NCBI GenBank assembly: GCA_052139735.1
Contig: JBKQWB010000038.1
Location: 37,766 to 101,765 of the forward strand
Direction of reading: 5' to 3'
DNA length: 64,000 nt
From: Smithella sp.
GTDB lineage: Bacteria > Desulfobacterota > Syntrophia > Syntrophales > Smithellaceae
The notes below the pieces were generated by a model that was not told the origin of the DNA, searched no databases, and worked only from the letters and a program-made list of their open reading frames with translations. Below are positions 1 to 8,252 of this stretch, one piece after another (positions within the stretch are counted from its first letter, which is position 1; each line of letters begins with the position of its first letter). The position numbers were made by a program, and so were the translations under genes.

Positions 1-372
1 ATTGACAACGATCACGATGGGTATTTTACGCTTTTGAGCTTTGGCCAAAACCGTATCTTCGTATTTTGTCCAGATATCCGGTTCAACGACAAGAATGATA
101 ATGTCGGCGCGGTCGAAAATTTTAGCCGTTTTCTTGAGTCTTGCGCCGGAAAGTTCTGAAACATCATCAAGGCCTGCCGTGTCCAGAAATAGAACAGGCC
201 CGATCGGCAGTAACTCCATGGCCTTTTCCACAACATCGGTTGTTGTTCCGGCCACAGGGGAGGTAATGGCAATATCCTGGCCGAGCATTAAATTAAGCAG
301 ACTGGATTTGCCAACGTTGGTGCGTCCCATTAACGCGATGTGCAGCCGGTTTCCTTTAGGCGTATTATCCAT
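1..372 (-). CDS. hydF: [FeFe]-hydrogenase maturation GTPase HydF, N-terminal 124 aa (continues past the left edge)
   Basis: Hand translation of the reverse strand from the ATG at 372 gives MDNTPKGNRLHIALMGRTNVGKSSLLNLMLGQDIAITSPVAGTTTDVVEKAMELLPIGPVLFLDTAGLDDVSELSGARLKKTAKIFDRADIIILVVEPD...IPIVIVVN. The frame stays open to base 1. GTPase motifs G1 GRTNVGKSS, G2 GTTTD and G3 DTAG are present. It is absent from the ORF track because the ORF is open at the edge. Its ATG overlaps the stop of the upstream lyase gene. Confidence 0.8.
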   Translation of the reverse strand, partial: MDNTPKGNRLHIALMGRTNVGKSSLLNLMLGQDIAITSPVAGTTTDVVEKAMELLPIGPVLFLDTAGLDDVSELSGARLKKTAKIFDRADIIILVVEPDIWTKYEDTVLAKAQKRKIPIVIVVN

Positions 373-1747
373 TATTTTTGTAACCCAGTGCTGTTAATTG
401 ATAAGGGGATAAATATTTATCCACGATTTCTTTACCCAGTTTCTGTTCTAAAAAGAGCCGCATGTTTTTATCTGAGCACGTAGAAAATTCGGCGATCAGT
501 TGCGTTGCTCTTTCATAACCGATCGCGGGCAGAAGCGCTGTTATGATCATGGGGCTGTGGTCAAAATATTGCCCGCATTTTTTTTGATCGGCGGCGATGC
601 CTTTTACATATTTTACCAAAAGGTTGTCAATGTTAATCAGTAAATCCAGTGATTCCAAAAGCGCCTGCGCCAACAGCGGCAGAAATTCATTAATCTGAAG
701 CGTTCCACGGGCTGCGGTATCGGTGATGACACCGTCGTTGGCAATAACTTTCATGCCGACTTGAATGGCTGCTTCCGCTAAAACAGGATTTACTTTGCCG
801 GGCATGATGGATGAGCCTGCTTGAAGTTGCGGCAGACGAATTTCTCCCAGAAGATTCATCAGGCGCAGATCGCCCGCAATTTTTATCAGATTAACGGCGT
901 GGGCTTTGAGGATGCCGGAAACTTCGACATAAGTATCGGCGTTTGCCGTTTCTCCCATGATATTTTCTCCACGGGAAAGACCTAAACCCGTTACATCCCT
1001 CAATTTTTCAATAACGGAAAAAATATAGTTGCGCGGCGCGGTAAGGCCGGTGCCGACGGCTGTGCCGCCCAGATTAACCACGCGTAGACGTTCCTCGCAT
1101 TTGAATGTCCGCCAGCGGTCGCGTGAAAAAGCTTCGGCAAACGCCGAAAATTCCGCGCCCAATGTAATGGGAACCGCTTCCTGCCACTCTGTTCGTCCTA
1201 ATTTAACTATTTCGCCGAAGGCCTTTTCTTTTTCCTGAAACGCGCCTTGCAGATGGGCGATGCCTTGCGCGAGTTCACGCAAGGCAAGAGTTCCGGCAAT
1301 TTTAATAGCTGTGGGGAAAACATCATTGGTGGACTGATGCAGATTTACGTCTTCCAGTGGATGAACAATCGTGTAATCGCCTTTGTTGCCGCCTTGCAGT
1401 TCAATGGCGCGGTTGGCGATCACTTCATTGAGATTCATGTTGGTTGATGTTCCCGCGCCGCCTTGAAAAGCATCAACCGGAAATTGATCGGCAAGTTTGC
1501 CCGCAATAATTTCTTCGCAGGCGGCAGTTATGGCTTTTGCTTGATCCGTCGAAAGATAGCCGTTTTCGGCATTAGCCAGACAAGATGCTTTTTTGACCAT
1601 CGCCAGTCCCCGAATCAATCGGCTGTTGACTTTTATGCCGCTGATCTGGAAATTATGGATGGCTCTTTGTGTGTGAATACCCCAGTAGGCATCGCGCGGG
1701 ACTTCCATCTTGCCTAAGAAATCTTTTTCTATTCTTTGATCGGTCAT
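365..1747 (-). CDS. aspA: Aspartate ammonia-lyase family protein (class II fumarase/aspartase superfamily)
   Basis: 460 aa. It has the superfamily signature GSSIMPGKVNP and the AspA-like FPVDAFQGGAGTSTNMNLNEVIAN rather than the fumarase QTGSGTQ. The N-terminus RIEKDFLGKMEVPRDAYWGIHTQRAIHNF resembles AspA. Confidence 0.85.
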   Translation of the reverse strand: MTDQRIEKDFLGKMEVPRDAYWGIHTQRAIHNFQISGIKVNSRLIRGLAMVKKASCLANAENGYLSTDQAKAITAACEEIIAGKLADQFPVDAFQGGAGTSTNMNLNEVIANRAIELQGGNKGDYTIVHPLEDVNLHQSTNDVFPTAIKIAGTLALRELAQGIAHLQGAFQEKEKAFGEIVKLGRTEWQEAVPITLGAEFSAFAEAFSRDRWRTFKCEERLRVVNLGGTAVGTGLTAPRNYIFSVIEKLRDVTGLGLSRGENIMGETANADTYVEVSGILKAHAVNLIKIAGDLRLMNLLGEIRLPQLQAGSSIMPGKVNPVLAEAAIQVGMKVIANDGVITDTAARGTLQINEFLPLLAQALLESLDLLINIDNLLVKYVKGIAADQKKCGQYFDHSPMIITALLPAIGYERATQLIAEFSTCSDKNMRLFLEQKLGKEIVDKYLSPYQLTALGYKNNG

Positions 1748-1774
1748 CGTCTTATTCCAACCATGAAAGCATCA

Positions 1775-1811
1775 ACAAAAAAGAGGTTTGTCCGTAATGG
1801 ACAAACCTCTT
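1775..1811 (-). terminator. Rho-independent terminator after hndD
   Basis: A 12 bp perfect stem, agaggtttgtcc / ggacaaacctct, closes a short loop (about 5 nt) at 1782-1810. On the minus strand it is followed by a T6 run (complement of 1776-1781). Confidence 0.65.
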
Positions 1812-1843
1812 TATACATGATTTTCAGTTAACAGCAAAGCTTC

Positions 1844-3604
1844 TTATTCATCTTTTCCGTGAGGCAAATCCGTGCCTCTTTTCGTGTATTTGGTGTGCAG
1901 AAGCTTGTGCGACTTGTGTCCCAAAGGTTCCTTCAGGAAGTTGGCATACAGTTTCTTAACCGATTCATTTTCATGGGATTGACGGTTCTTCTGAACTTTT
2001 CCGTCATCTTTATAAAGAGCGGAGGAACGAAGTACTCTGATTTCGTTGTTAGTGGGGATGGGCTCGCCGCCGCCGGCGATGCAGCCGCCCGGACAGCACA
2101 TTACTTCAATGAAGGCGTAACCGCCTTTACCTTCGCGAATCAGATCCATCAGTTTGCGGGCATTTCCCAGACCATGAGCAACGGCAATCTTGACATCTCC
2201 AAGAGCGCCAACCTTGACAGTGGCTTCTTTGACGCCTTCCAGACCGCGAACAGGTGTGATATCCAGACTCGGCAGGTTTTCGCCGGTGACAACTGCGTAA
2301 ACCGTGCGCAGAGCGGCTTCCATAACGCCGCCGGTCGCGCCGAAAATGGTGGCTGCGCCGCTGTATTCACCCATCGGGGCGTCATAATCTTCATCCTGCA
2401 GATTGACAAAGTCAAGGCCGCCTTCATGAATCATACGGCCTAATTCTCTCGTTGTGAGAACATAATCAACATCTTGATAGCCGCTGCTGTTCATTTCGGG
2501 GCGCTGGGCTTCAAACTTTTTAGCGGTGCAGGGCATGATGGAAACCGAAACGATATCTTTCGGATCGACGCCCGCTGTTTCCGCGTAATAGGTTTTGGCC
2601 AGCGCGCCGAACATTTGCTGCGGCGATTTGCAGGTGGAAAGATGACCGAGCATATCGGGATAGAAATGTTCGCAGAACTTGATCCATCCGGGGCTGCACG
2701 AAGTAATCATCGGCAGTGTTCCCCCTTCTTTAACTCTTTTGAGTAATTCGTTGCCTTCTTCAATGATGGTGAGGTCGGCAGTAAAATTGGTGTCGAAAAC
2801 TTTATCAAAACCTAGACGGCGCAGCGCAGCGATCATCTTGCCTGTGACAAGGCTTCCCGGAGGCATGCCGAATTCTTCACCAAGAGCCGCGCGGATAGCC
2901 GGAGCTTCCTGCACGATGACATGTTTGGTCGGATCCTGCAGAGCTTTCCATACCAAATCAACGTCATCCTTTTCATATAAAGCGCCTACCGGGCAAACCA
3001 TGATGCACTGGCCGCAGGCGATGCAGTTGGATTCAATCAAAGGCAAATCAAAAGCAGGAACGACTTTTACTTTGCTGCCGCGATTAGCCGGTGTCAAAAC
3101 GCTGACAGTCTGAACTTCATCGCAGACGGTTACGCAGCGATGACATTCAATACATTTGCGGCTGTCCCGTACGATAGAAGGACTGGAATGGTCGATCATG
3201 CCTTCTTTCGGGAATTGTGTATAATCAAAACGAACTTCTTTAATGCCAACAAATTCGGCGACTTTCTGCAATTCGCAGCTGCCGTTTCTTACGCAGTAAT
3301 TGCACTCCTGCGGATGATTGGCCAACAGAAGTTCCACCACCATTTTTCTGGCTTTGCGTACTTTCTCCGTATTGGTGTGGACGACCATTCCCTCGGTTAC
3401 GGGAAAAACGCAGGCCGCGATCAGACTGCGCTGACCTACAACTTCCGTCATACACACACGGCAGGCGCCGGGAGTGTGATTTCTTTCCGTCCATGCACAA
3501 AGTGTGGGAATTACAATACCGGCACTGCGAGCGGCCTCCAGAACTGTGGAGCCGGCCTCTGCCGTCACTTTACGATTATCGATAGTCAAATTAACGGTTG
3601 ACAT
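1844..3604 (-). CDS. hndD: [FeFe]-hydrogenase catalytic subunit (HndD/HydA type, M3 architecture plus C-terminal small-subunit-like tail)
   Basis: 586 aa. The N-terminus has a 2Fe-2S site (CAW...GACRVC), a His-ligated cluster region (HPQECNYCVRNGSC) and two ferredoxin motifs (CIECHRCVTVC, CIACGQCIMVCP). H-cluster motifs are L2 MPCTAKKFE and L3 EVMCCPGGCIAGGGEP. L1 reads TSCSPGW, which is non-canonical (see findings). Confidence 0.92.
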   Translation of the reverse strand: MSTVNLTIDNRKVTAEAGSTVLEAARSAGIVIPTLCAWTERNHTPGACRVCMTEVVGQRSLIAACVFPVTEGMVVHTNTEKVRKARKMVVELLLANHPQECNYCVRNGSCELQKVAEFVGIKEVRFDYTQFPKEGMIDHSSPSIVRDSRKCIECHRCVTVCDEVQTVSVLTPANRGSKVKVVPAFDLPLIESNCIACGQCIMVCPVGALYEKDDVDLVWKALQDPTKHVIVQEAPAIRAALGEEFGMPPGSLVTGKMIAALRRLGFDKVFDTNFTADLTIIEEGNELLKRVKEGGTLPMITSCSPGWIKFCEHFYPDMLGHLSTCKSPQQMFGALAKTYYAETAGVDPKDIVSVSIMPCTAKKFEAQRPEMNSSGYQDVDYVLTTRELGRMIHEGGLDFVNLQDEDYDAPMGEYSGAATIFGATGGVMEAALRTVYAVVTGENLPSLDITPVRGLEGVKEATVKVGALGDVKIAVAHGLGNARKLMDLIREGKGGYAFIEVMCCPGGCIAGGGEPIPTNNEIRVLRSSALYKDDGKVQKNRQSHENESVKKLYANFLKEPLGHKSHKLLHTKYTKRGTDLPHGKDE

Positions 3605-3637
3605 GAAATATTTCTCCTTATCGTTAAAAAATATAAA

Positions 3638-6600
3638 TTAAATAGCCGCGTCGCAACGCAAACAACGACAGGCTTCTTTAATAGCATCTTCAGGTTTGAA
3701 GCCAAGTTCCACTTCTGCAAAGCTCATCTTGCGGGTGCCATGATGCATTTCCGGCATTGCCATCTGAGGTATTTCCTCCGTGTCTTCATCAATGACCAGA
3801 GGCACATCAATTTTCTCTTTCGCCGGGTTCTCGTAAGCAGGTTCGCCATTGGCTATGCGGATAGCTGCATCGATATCGTCGGCAGCCTGATGTCCGTAGC
3901 CGATAGCCGCGATGACAGTGTCAGGTCCTGTGACAGCATCGCCGCCCGCGAAATAACGGGAATTGGCTGTACGGGTTTTATATCCCTTACCGACATTGAA
4001 GCAATCCCACTTGTTGATTTCCACGCCGTTCTTTTTATCGATGAAGCTCATATCGGGAACCTGGCCGATGGCGGCAATGACCGCATCAACATTTAAAGTA
4101 AATTCTGAACCTTCTATGACAACAGGTTTCTTGCGTCCGCTGTTGTCAAAGTCGCCCAGTTTCATGCGATTGCAGGTAATGGAAGATACTTTTCCCTTTG
4201 CGCCGTCAATTTTCAACGGGGCAACCAGATAATCAATCTTGATTCCCTCGTCTTCAGCCGCTTTAATTTCCTCTTCGGCTGCCGGCATATCTTGTCTCAA
4301 ACGGCGATACAGAATGGTGACATCTGAACCGAGTCTTAATGCTACGCGAGCAGCGTCAATAGCCGAATTGCCACCGCCGATGACAGCCACTTTCTTGCCC
4401 AGGGTCTTTTCGCCTTTGAGCCATTTGTCTTCATTGTTGTTGAAGTCGCGCAGGAATTCAACGCCGCCGAAAACATTCTTCATATCTTCACCGGGCACGC
4501 CCATTTTCTGGCTCTTGTGCGCGCCTGTTGCCAAATAGATAAAGTCGAAATCTTTTTCCAGTTTGGCAAATGTAATATCCTTGCCCACGCGGGTGTTGAG
4601 GCGAATTTCCACGCCGAGAGCGCGGATATCATCAATTTCACTATCCAGAATGTTGCGAGGCAGACGATATGAGGGAATGCCCCAATAAAGCATTCCACCG
4701 GCTTTATTGAGTTCTTCAAAAACGGTTACTTTGTAACCGCGTAATGCCAGATCACGCGCGGCGGTAAGACCGGCAGGGCCTCCGCCCACAACAGCTATCT
4801 TTTCTTTGCGTGTGACAGGCACAACATCGATCTTCGGACGAGGCGCGTTATCTGTAATGAAACGCTTCAGGAACTTAATGGCAATGGGTTCATCCATGTT
4901 GCCGCGGCGGCATTTGCTCTGGCATTTGTGATCGCAGACTCTTCCGCAAACGGAGGGGAAGGGGTTGCTTTGCAGCAGTATTTTGTATGCGTCGTCAAAT
5001 CGTTCGGCCCGAATAAGCGCTATATAGGAAGGAATATCCATTTCGATCGGGCAGGTATGCTGACACGGTGATTTGAACATGGCCGAGCATACTGCTGCTA
5101 CGCATTTATGCTCGCGGATGTGCTGTTCATACTCTTTACGGAAATAACGGATGGTGCTTAAAATAGGATTTGGCGCTGTTTGTCCCAATCCGCAAAGGGC
5201 CGCATTTTTGATAATTTCGGCCATTTCTTCCAGAAGTTCAATATCGCCTTCCTTGCCTTTGCCCTGGGTGATATTGGTCAATATATCCAGCATGCGTTTC
5301 GTGCCCTCGCGGCAGGGTGTACATTTGCCGCAGGATTCATCCTGGCAGAAATCCATGAAGAATCTGGCCATATCGACGGCGCATTTGTCTTCATTCATTA
5401 CGATTAAACCGCCGGAGCCCATAATGGCGCCGAGTTCAACTACTTTTTCATAATCAACTGGAGCGTTTAAATGCTGAATGGGAATACAGCCGCCGGAGGG
5501 CCCGCCTAACTGTGCTGCTTTGAATTTCTTGCCTTTGGGAATACCGCCGCCGATATCATAAACGATGGTGCCCAGTTTTGTTCCCATGGGAACTTCCACA
5601 AGACCGACGTTGTTAACGTCACCGGTAAGCGCGAATACTTTTGTGCCTTTGCTCTTTTCCGTGCCGATGGATGCGTACCATTTTCCTCCGCGCAGAAGAA
5701 TCTGACCGATGTTAGCCAATGTTTCCACGTTATTCAGAATACTCGGTTTCTGCCACAGACCGGCAACAGCGGGGAAGGGCGGTCTTGGCCGGGGCATGCC
5801 TCTTTTCCCTTCAATGGAGGTCATCAGGGCCGTTTCTTCACCGCAGACAAAAGCGCCTGCGCCCTGGTAAATTTCCAGATCGAAATCAAAGCCCGTGCCC
5901 AGAATATCCTTACCCAGCAAACCGGCATTATGCGCTTGGTCTATGGCTACGTTTAAACGATGAATAGCCAACGGATACTCAGCGCGGCAATAAATGTAAC
6001 CTTGCTTGGAACCTATGGCTTTGGCGGCGATAACCATTCCTTCAAGAACGGCGTGTGGATCAGCTTCCAGAACGCTTCTGTCCATAAAGGCACCGGGATC
6101 TCCTTCATCAGCATTGCATAAAACGTATTTAATATCACTTTTGGACTGAGCGGCAAATTTCCATTTCAGGCCTGTAGGGAAGCCCGCTCCGCCGCGCCCT
6201 CTTAATCCTGAATCGAGGATTTCCTGAACGATTTGTTCCGGTTTCATTTCAGTCAGGGCTTTAGCCATGCCGGCATAGCCGTCACGCGCGATATATTCAT
6301 CAATTTTTTCGGGATCGATCAGACCACGATTCTTCAAAACTCTCAACTCCTGATGAGCGAAGAAGGGGATGTCCTGCATGGTCGGAATAATTTCATCTGT
6401 TGAGGGCTCATGATATAAGAGACGCTCTAAAGTTCTTCCCTTGATTAAATGTTCTTCAACCAGTTCCGGTATATCTTGCGGCTTCAAGCTGACGTAAATT
6501 ATACCTTCCGGATAAACGACCATGATCGGTCCCAGAGCGCAAAATCCGTTACATCCTGTTTCCACAACCTTTATTTCTTCAGTCAATCCTCTTTTGTCAA

Positions 6601-6694
6601 GCTCTTCCAATAAAGCTTTTTTTACTGCAGGTTGGCCGGAAGCCTGACAGCCGGTGCCTCCACAGATTAATAAATGCGAACGAAAAACTTTCAT
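3638..6694 (-). CDS. hndC: NuoF-like flavoprotein subunit of the hydrogenase (HndC/HydB) fused to a GltD/NfnB-like NADPH-dependent FAD oxidoreductase module
   Basis: 1018 aa. Domains in order:
- N-terminal thioredoxin-like 2Fe-2S domain (LLICGGTGCQASG...CNGFCALGP).
- NuoF FMN/NADH region (GLRGRGGAGFPTGLKWKF, NADEGDPGAFMDR).
- N3 cluster motif ESCGKCTPCREG.
- From about aa 530, a GltD-like part: CGRVCDHKCQSKC, the FAD fold VVGGGPAGLTAARDL, and the NADPH fold VIGGGNSAIDAARVALRLGSDVTILYRR.
- C-terminus ...EACRCLRCDAAI. Confidence 0.88.
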   Translation of the reverse strand: MKVFRSHLLICGGTGCQASGQPAVKKALLEELDKRGLTEEIKVVETGCNGFCALGPIMVVYPEGIIYVSLKPQDIPELVEEHLIKGRTLERLLYHEPSTDEIIPTMQDIPFFAHQELRVLKNRGLIDPEKIDEYIARDGYAGMAKALTEMKPEQIVQEILDSGLRGRGGAGFPTGLKWKFAAQSKSDIKYVLCNADEGDPGAFMDRSVLEADPHAVLEGMVIAAKAIGSKQGYIYCRAEYPLAIHRLNVAIDQAHNAGLLGKDILGTGFDFDLEIYQGAGAFVCGEETALMTSIEGKRGMPRPRPPFPAVAGLWQKPSILNNVETLANIGQILLRGGKWYASIGTEKSKGTKVFALTGDVNNVGLVEVPMGTKLGTIVYDIGGGIPKGKKFKAAQLGGPSGGCIPIQHLNAPVDYEKVVELGAIMGSGGLIVMNEDKCAVDMARFFMDFCQDESCGKCTPCREGTKRMLDILTNITQGKGKEGDIELLEEMAEIIKNAALCGLGQTAPNPILSTIRYFRKEYEQHIREHKCVAAVCSAMFKSPCQHTCPIEMDIPSYIALIRAERFDDAYKILLQSNPFPSVCGRVCDHKCQSKCRRGNMDEPIAIKFLKRFITDNAPRPKIDVVPVTRKEKIAVVGGGPAGLTAARDLALRGYKVTVFEELNKAGGMLYWGIPSYRLPRNILDSEIDDIRALGVEIRLNTRVGKDITFAKLEKDFDFIYLATGAHKSQKMGVPGEDMKNVFGGVEFLRDFNNNEDKWLKGEKTLGKKVAVIGGGNSAIDAARVALRLGSDVTILYRRLRQDMPAAEEEIKAAEDEGIKIDYLVAPLKIDGAKGKVSSITCNRMKLGDFDNSGRKKPVVIEGSEFTLNVDAVIAAIGQVPDMSFIDKKNGVEINKWDCFNVGKGYKTRTANSRYFAGGDAVTGPDTVIAAIGYGHQAADDIDAAIRIANGEPAYENPAKEKIDVPLVIDEDTEEIPQMAMPEMHHGTRKMSFAEVELGFKPEDAIKEACRCLRCDAAI

Positions 6695-6760
6695 TTAGCC
6701 TATATCCTCCTTAAGAAATCATCATGCCGTGCAACAATAAGCATGTTAGAGCGAAAAAAA

Positions 6761-7144
6761 TTATCTGGTTACTTCAGATCCTCTGGCCAGAACAAAAGGA
6801 GTCTGAATTTCTCCCTCCATGATGTGTCTTTTGAAAACCTGTCTCATTTTGTTGGAATTCATATATTCATATTTTATCGGTTCCTGATTCAGGACTTCAA
6901 CAGTAACAAGAGGTTCGCGGCTGCATAATCCCATGCAACCGGAAGTGGTTATGACAACATCATTTGCGCCGGCAGCTTCAATTTCCTGAAGCAATGTATC
7001 CATAACTTCTTTGGCTCCCGAAGCGATACCGCAGGTTCCCATGTGGACGGTAACTTTGACGCGACGCTCGCCATCCCGCAGGGACATTTCCTTGTGCACT
7101 TTATCCTTTATTTTTTTTAAATCATCTATTGTTAATTTCGCCAT
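6761..7144 (-). CDS. hndB: Small thioredoxin-like [2Fe-2S] ferredoxin subunit (HndB-like)
   Basis: 127 aa with HMGTCGIASGA...TSGCMGLCSREP, a four-Cys pattern typical of the 2Fe-2S thioredoxin-like fold. It lies between the NuoE-like and NuoF-like genes, as in hndABCD. Confidence 0.75.
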   Translation of the reverse strand: MAKLTIDDLKKIKDKVHKEMSLRDGERRVKVTVHMGTCGIASGAKEVMDTLLQEIEAAGANDVVITTSGCMGLCSREPLVTVEVLNQEPIKYEYMNSNKMRQVFKRHIMEGEIQTPFVLARGSEVTR

Positions 7145-7175
7145 TGGCGTTTCCTCCCGGCTTTAAATTATTTTA

Positions 7176-7673
7176 TTATGTATATTGAGCTAATATCTCT
7201 TTTACCTTGCCCGGCTTGACACGGCCGTGCACGTCTTCATTCACAACAACTACCGGCCCCAAACCGCAGGCGCCTAAACAACGAACGCTTTCCAGAGTAA
7301 ACATTCTGTCGGGAGTGGTCTCGCCTTCCTTAATGCCGAATTCCTTCTCCATGGCTTCAGTGAGTGCTTTTCCGCCGCGCACATAGCAGGCAGTTCCCAG
7401 ACAAACGCGAACAGTATGCTTGCCTCGCGGTGTCATGGTAAAAAACGAGTAAAACGTGACAACACCGTAAACCCGGCTTAAAGGCAAATTCAAGTCTTTG
7501 GCAATCTTTTTCTGCGCTGATAGGGGCAGGTATTCCAGACACACCTGCGCTTCTTCCAGTACGGGAATTAAACTTCCCGGTTTGCCTTTGTGTTTGCTGA
7601 TAATCTTGTTTAGTTTATCAACTTGTGCTGATGTAAATTCTTTTAAAAGTTCAGTATCTTCTGCCTTCATCAA
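7176..7673 (-). CDS. hndA: NuoE-like [2Fe-2S] subunit of the hydrogenase (HndA/HydC)
   Basis: 165 aa with VRVCLGTACYVRGG...VRCLGACGLGPVVVVN, the NuoE/24 kDa-type cluster motif. Confidence 0.87.
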   Translation of the reverse strand: MMKAEDTELLKEFTSAQVDKLNKIISKHKGKPGSLIPVLEEAQVCLEYLPLSAQKKIAKDLNLPLSRVYGVVTFYSFFTMTPRGKHTVRVCLGTACYVRGGKALTEAMEKEFGIKEGETTPDRMFTLESVRCLGACGLGPVVVVNEDVHGRVKPGKVKEILAQYT

Positions 7674-7701
7674 ATTCCTCCTTACGTAATCTTCGTGTTT
7701 G

Positions 7702-8250
7702 TTATGCCCGGGGTTTAATTTCGCTTAAACCTTCGTCAATGACGCCACGAATATATTTTAATATTTCAAAATGATTTATCGGTAAATCATCGATTTCTTT
7801 GCGGATTTCACGCGTGTCCACTGAGAACCGTTGGTCATTATGCCTATGTTTGTAAATAAAGTCAACAAAAGAATTTCCGGCAATAAGATTGATAATAGTT
7901 GCTGAAATATCACCCATAGGCTGCCTGTCCAGATGGTCGAGTTGAAAAGTTGCCTTAAGCCTTGTTCCCTTACCTTTTTCTGATTTCAAATCAAGATTGC
8001 CGCCGGCCATTTGAGCGGCATTGGTCAGAAGAGGAATTCCCAATCCGAATCGTCTCACTTTTTTTGTTGTGTAAAAAGGGTCAAAGGCTCTTTTGATTTC
8101 CTCTTTGGTCATTCCGCAGCCGTCGTCATTTATTTCTATGGAGAGCAAATTATTAGCCGAATCTTCATTTATATTTATTTCGACTGTTTTAGCTCCTGCA
8201 CGAACAGAGTTTTCAGCAATATCCAGAATATGTTCGGCAAGCTCCAGCAT
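7702..8250 (-). CDS. Stand-alone GHKL/histidine-kinase-like ATPase domain protein
   Basis: 182 aa. N-box EHILDIAENSVRAGA, G1 NDDGCGM, G2 RRFGLGIPLL. No DHp or sensor domain is visible. Confidence 0.7.
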   Translation of the reverse strand: MLELAEHILDIAENSVRAGAKTVEININEDSANNLLSIEINDDGCGMTKEEIKRAFDPFYTTKKVRRFGLGIPLLTNAAQMAGGNLDLKSEKGKGTRLKATFQLDHLDRQPMGDISATIINLIAGNSFVDFIYKHRHNDQRFSVDTREIRKEIDDLPINHFEILKYIRGVIDEGLSEIKPRA

Positions 8251-8252
8251 TT

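Noticed and set aside
12-397. ORF-track ORFs 12..272 (-) and 41..397 (+) at the left edge
   Set aside because: Neither has recognisable motifs. The third reverse frame, starting at 372, gives an uninterrupted HydF-type GTPase N-terminus with G1-G3 motifs, so these two are shadow frames.
1859-6928. Many 60-190 aa ORFs antisense to or out of frame with hndD/hndC (for example 1859..2443, 2679..3113, 3140..3601, 3740..4096, 5151..5453)
   Set aside because: They lie entirely inside strongly supported, motif-rich hydrogenase genes. Their translations are low-complexity or Arg/Ser-rich, typical of shadow ORFs.
1844-7673. Selenocysteine recoding or in-frame TGA in the hydrogenase genes
   Set aside because: All four hnd ORFs are uninterrupted. 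No in-frame TGA with a downstream SECIS-like hairpin was seen.
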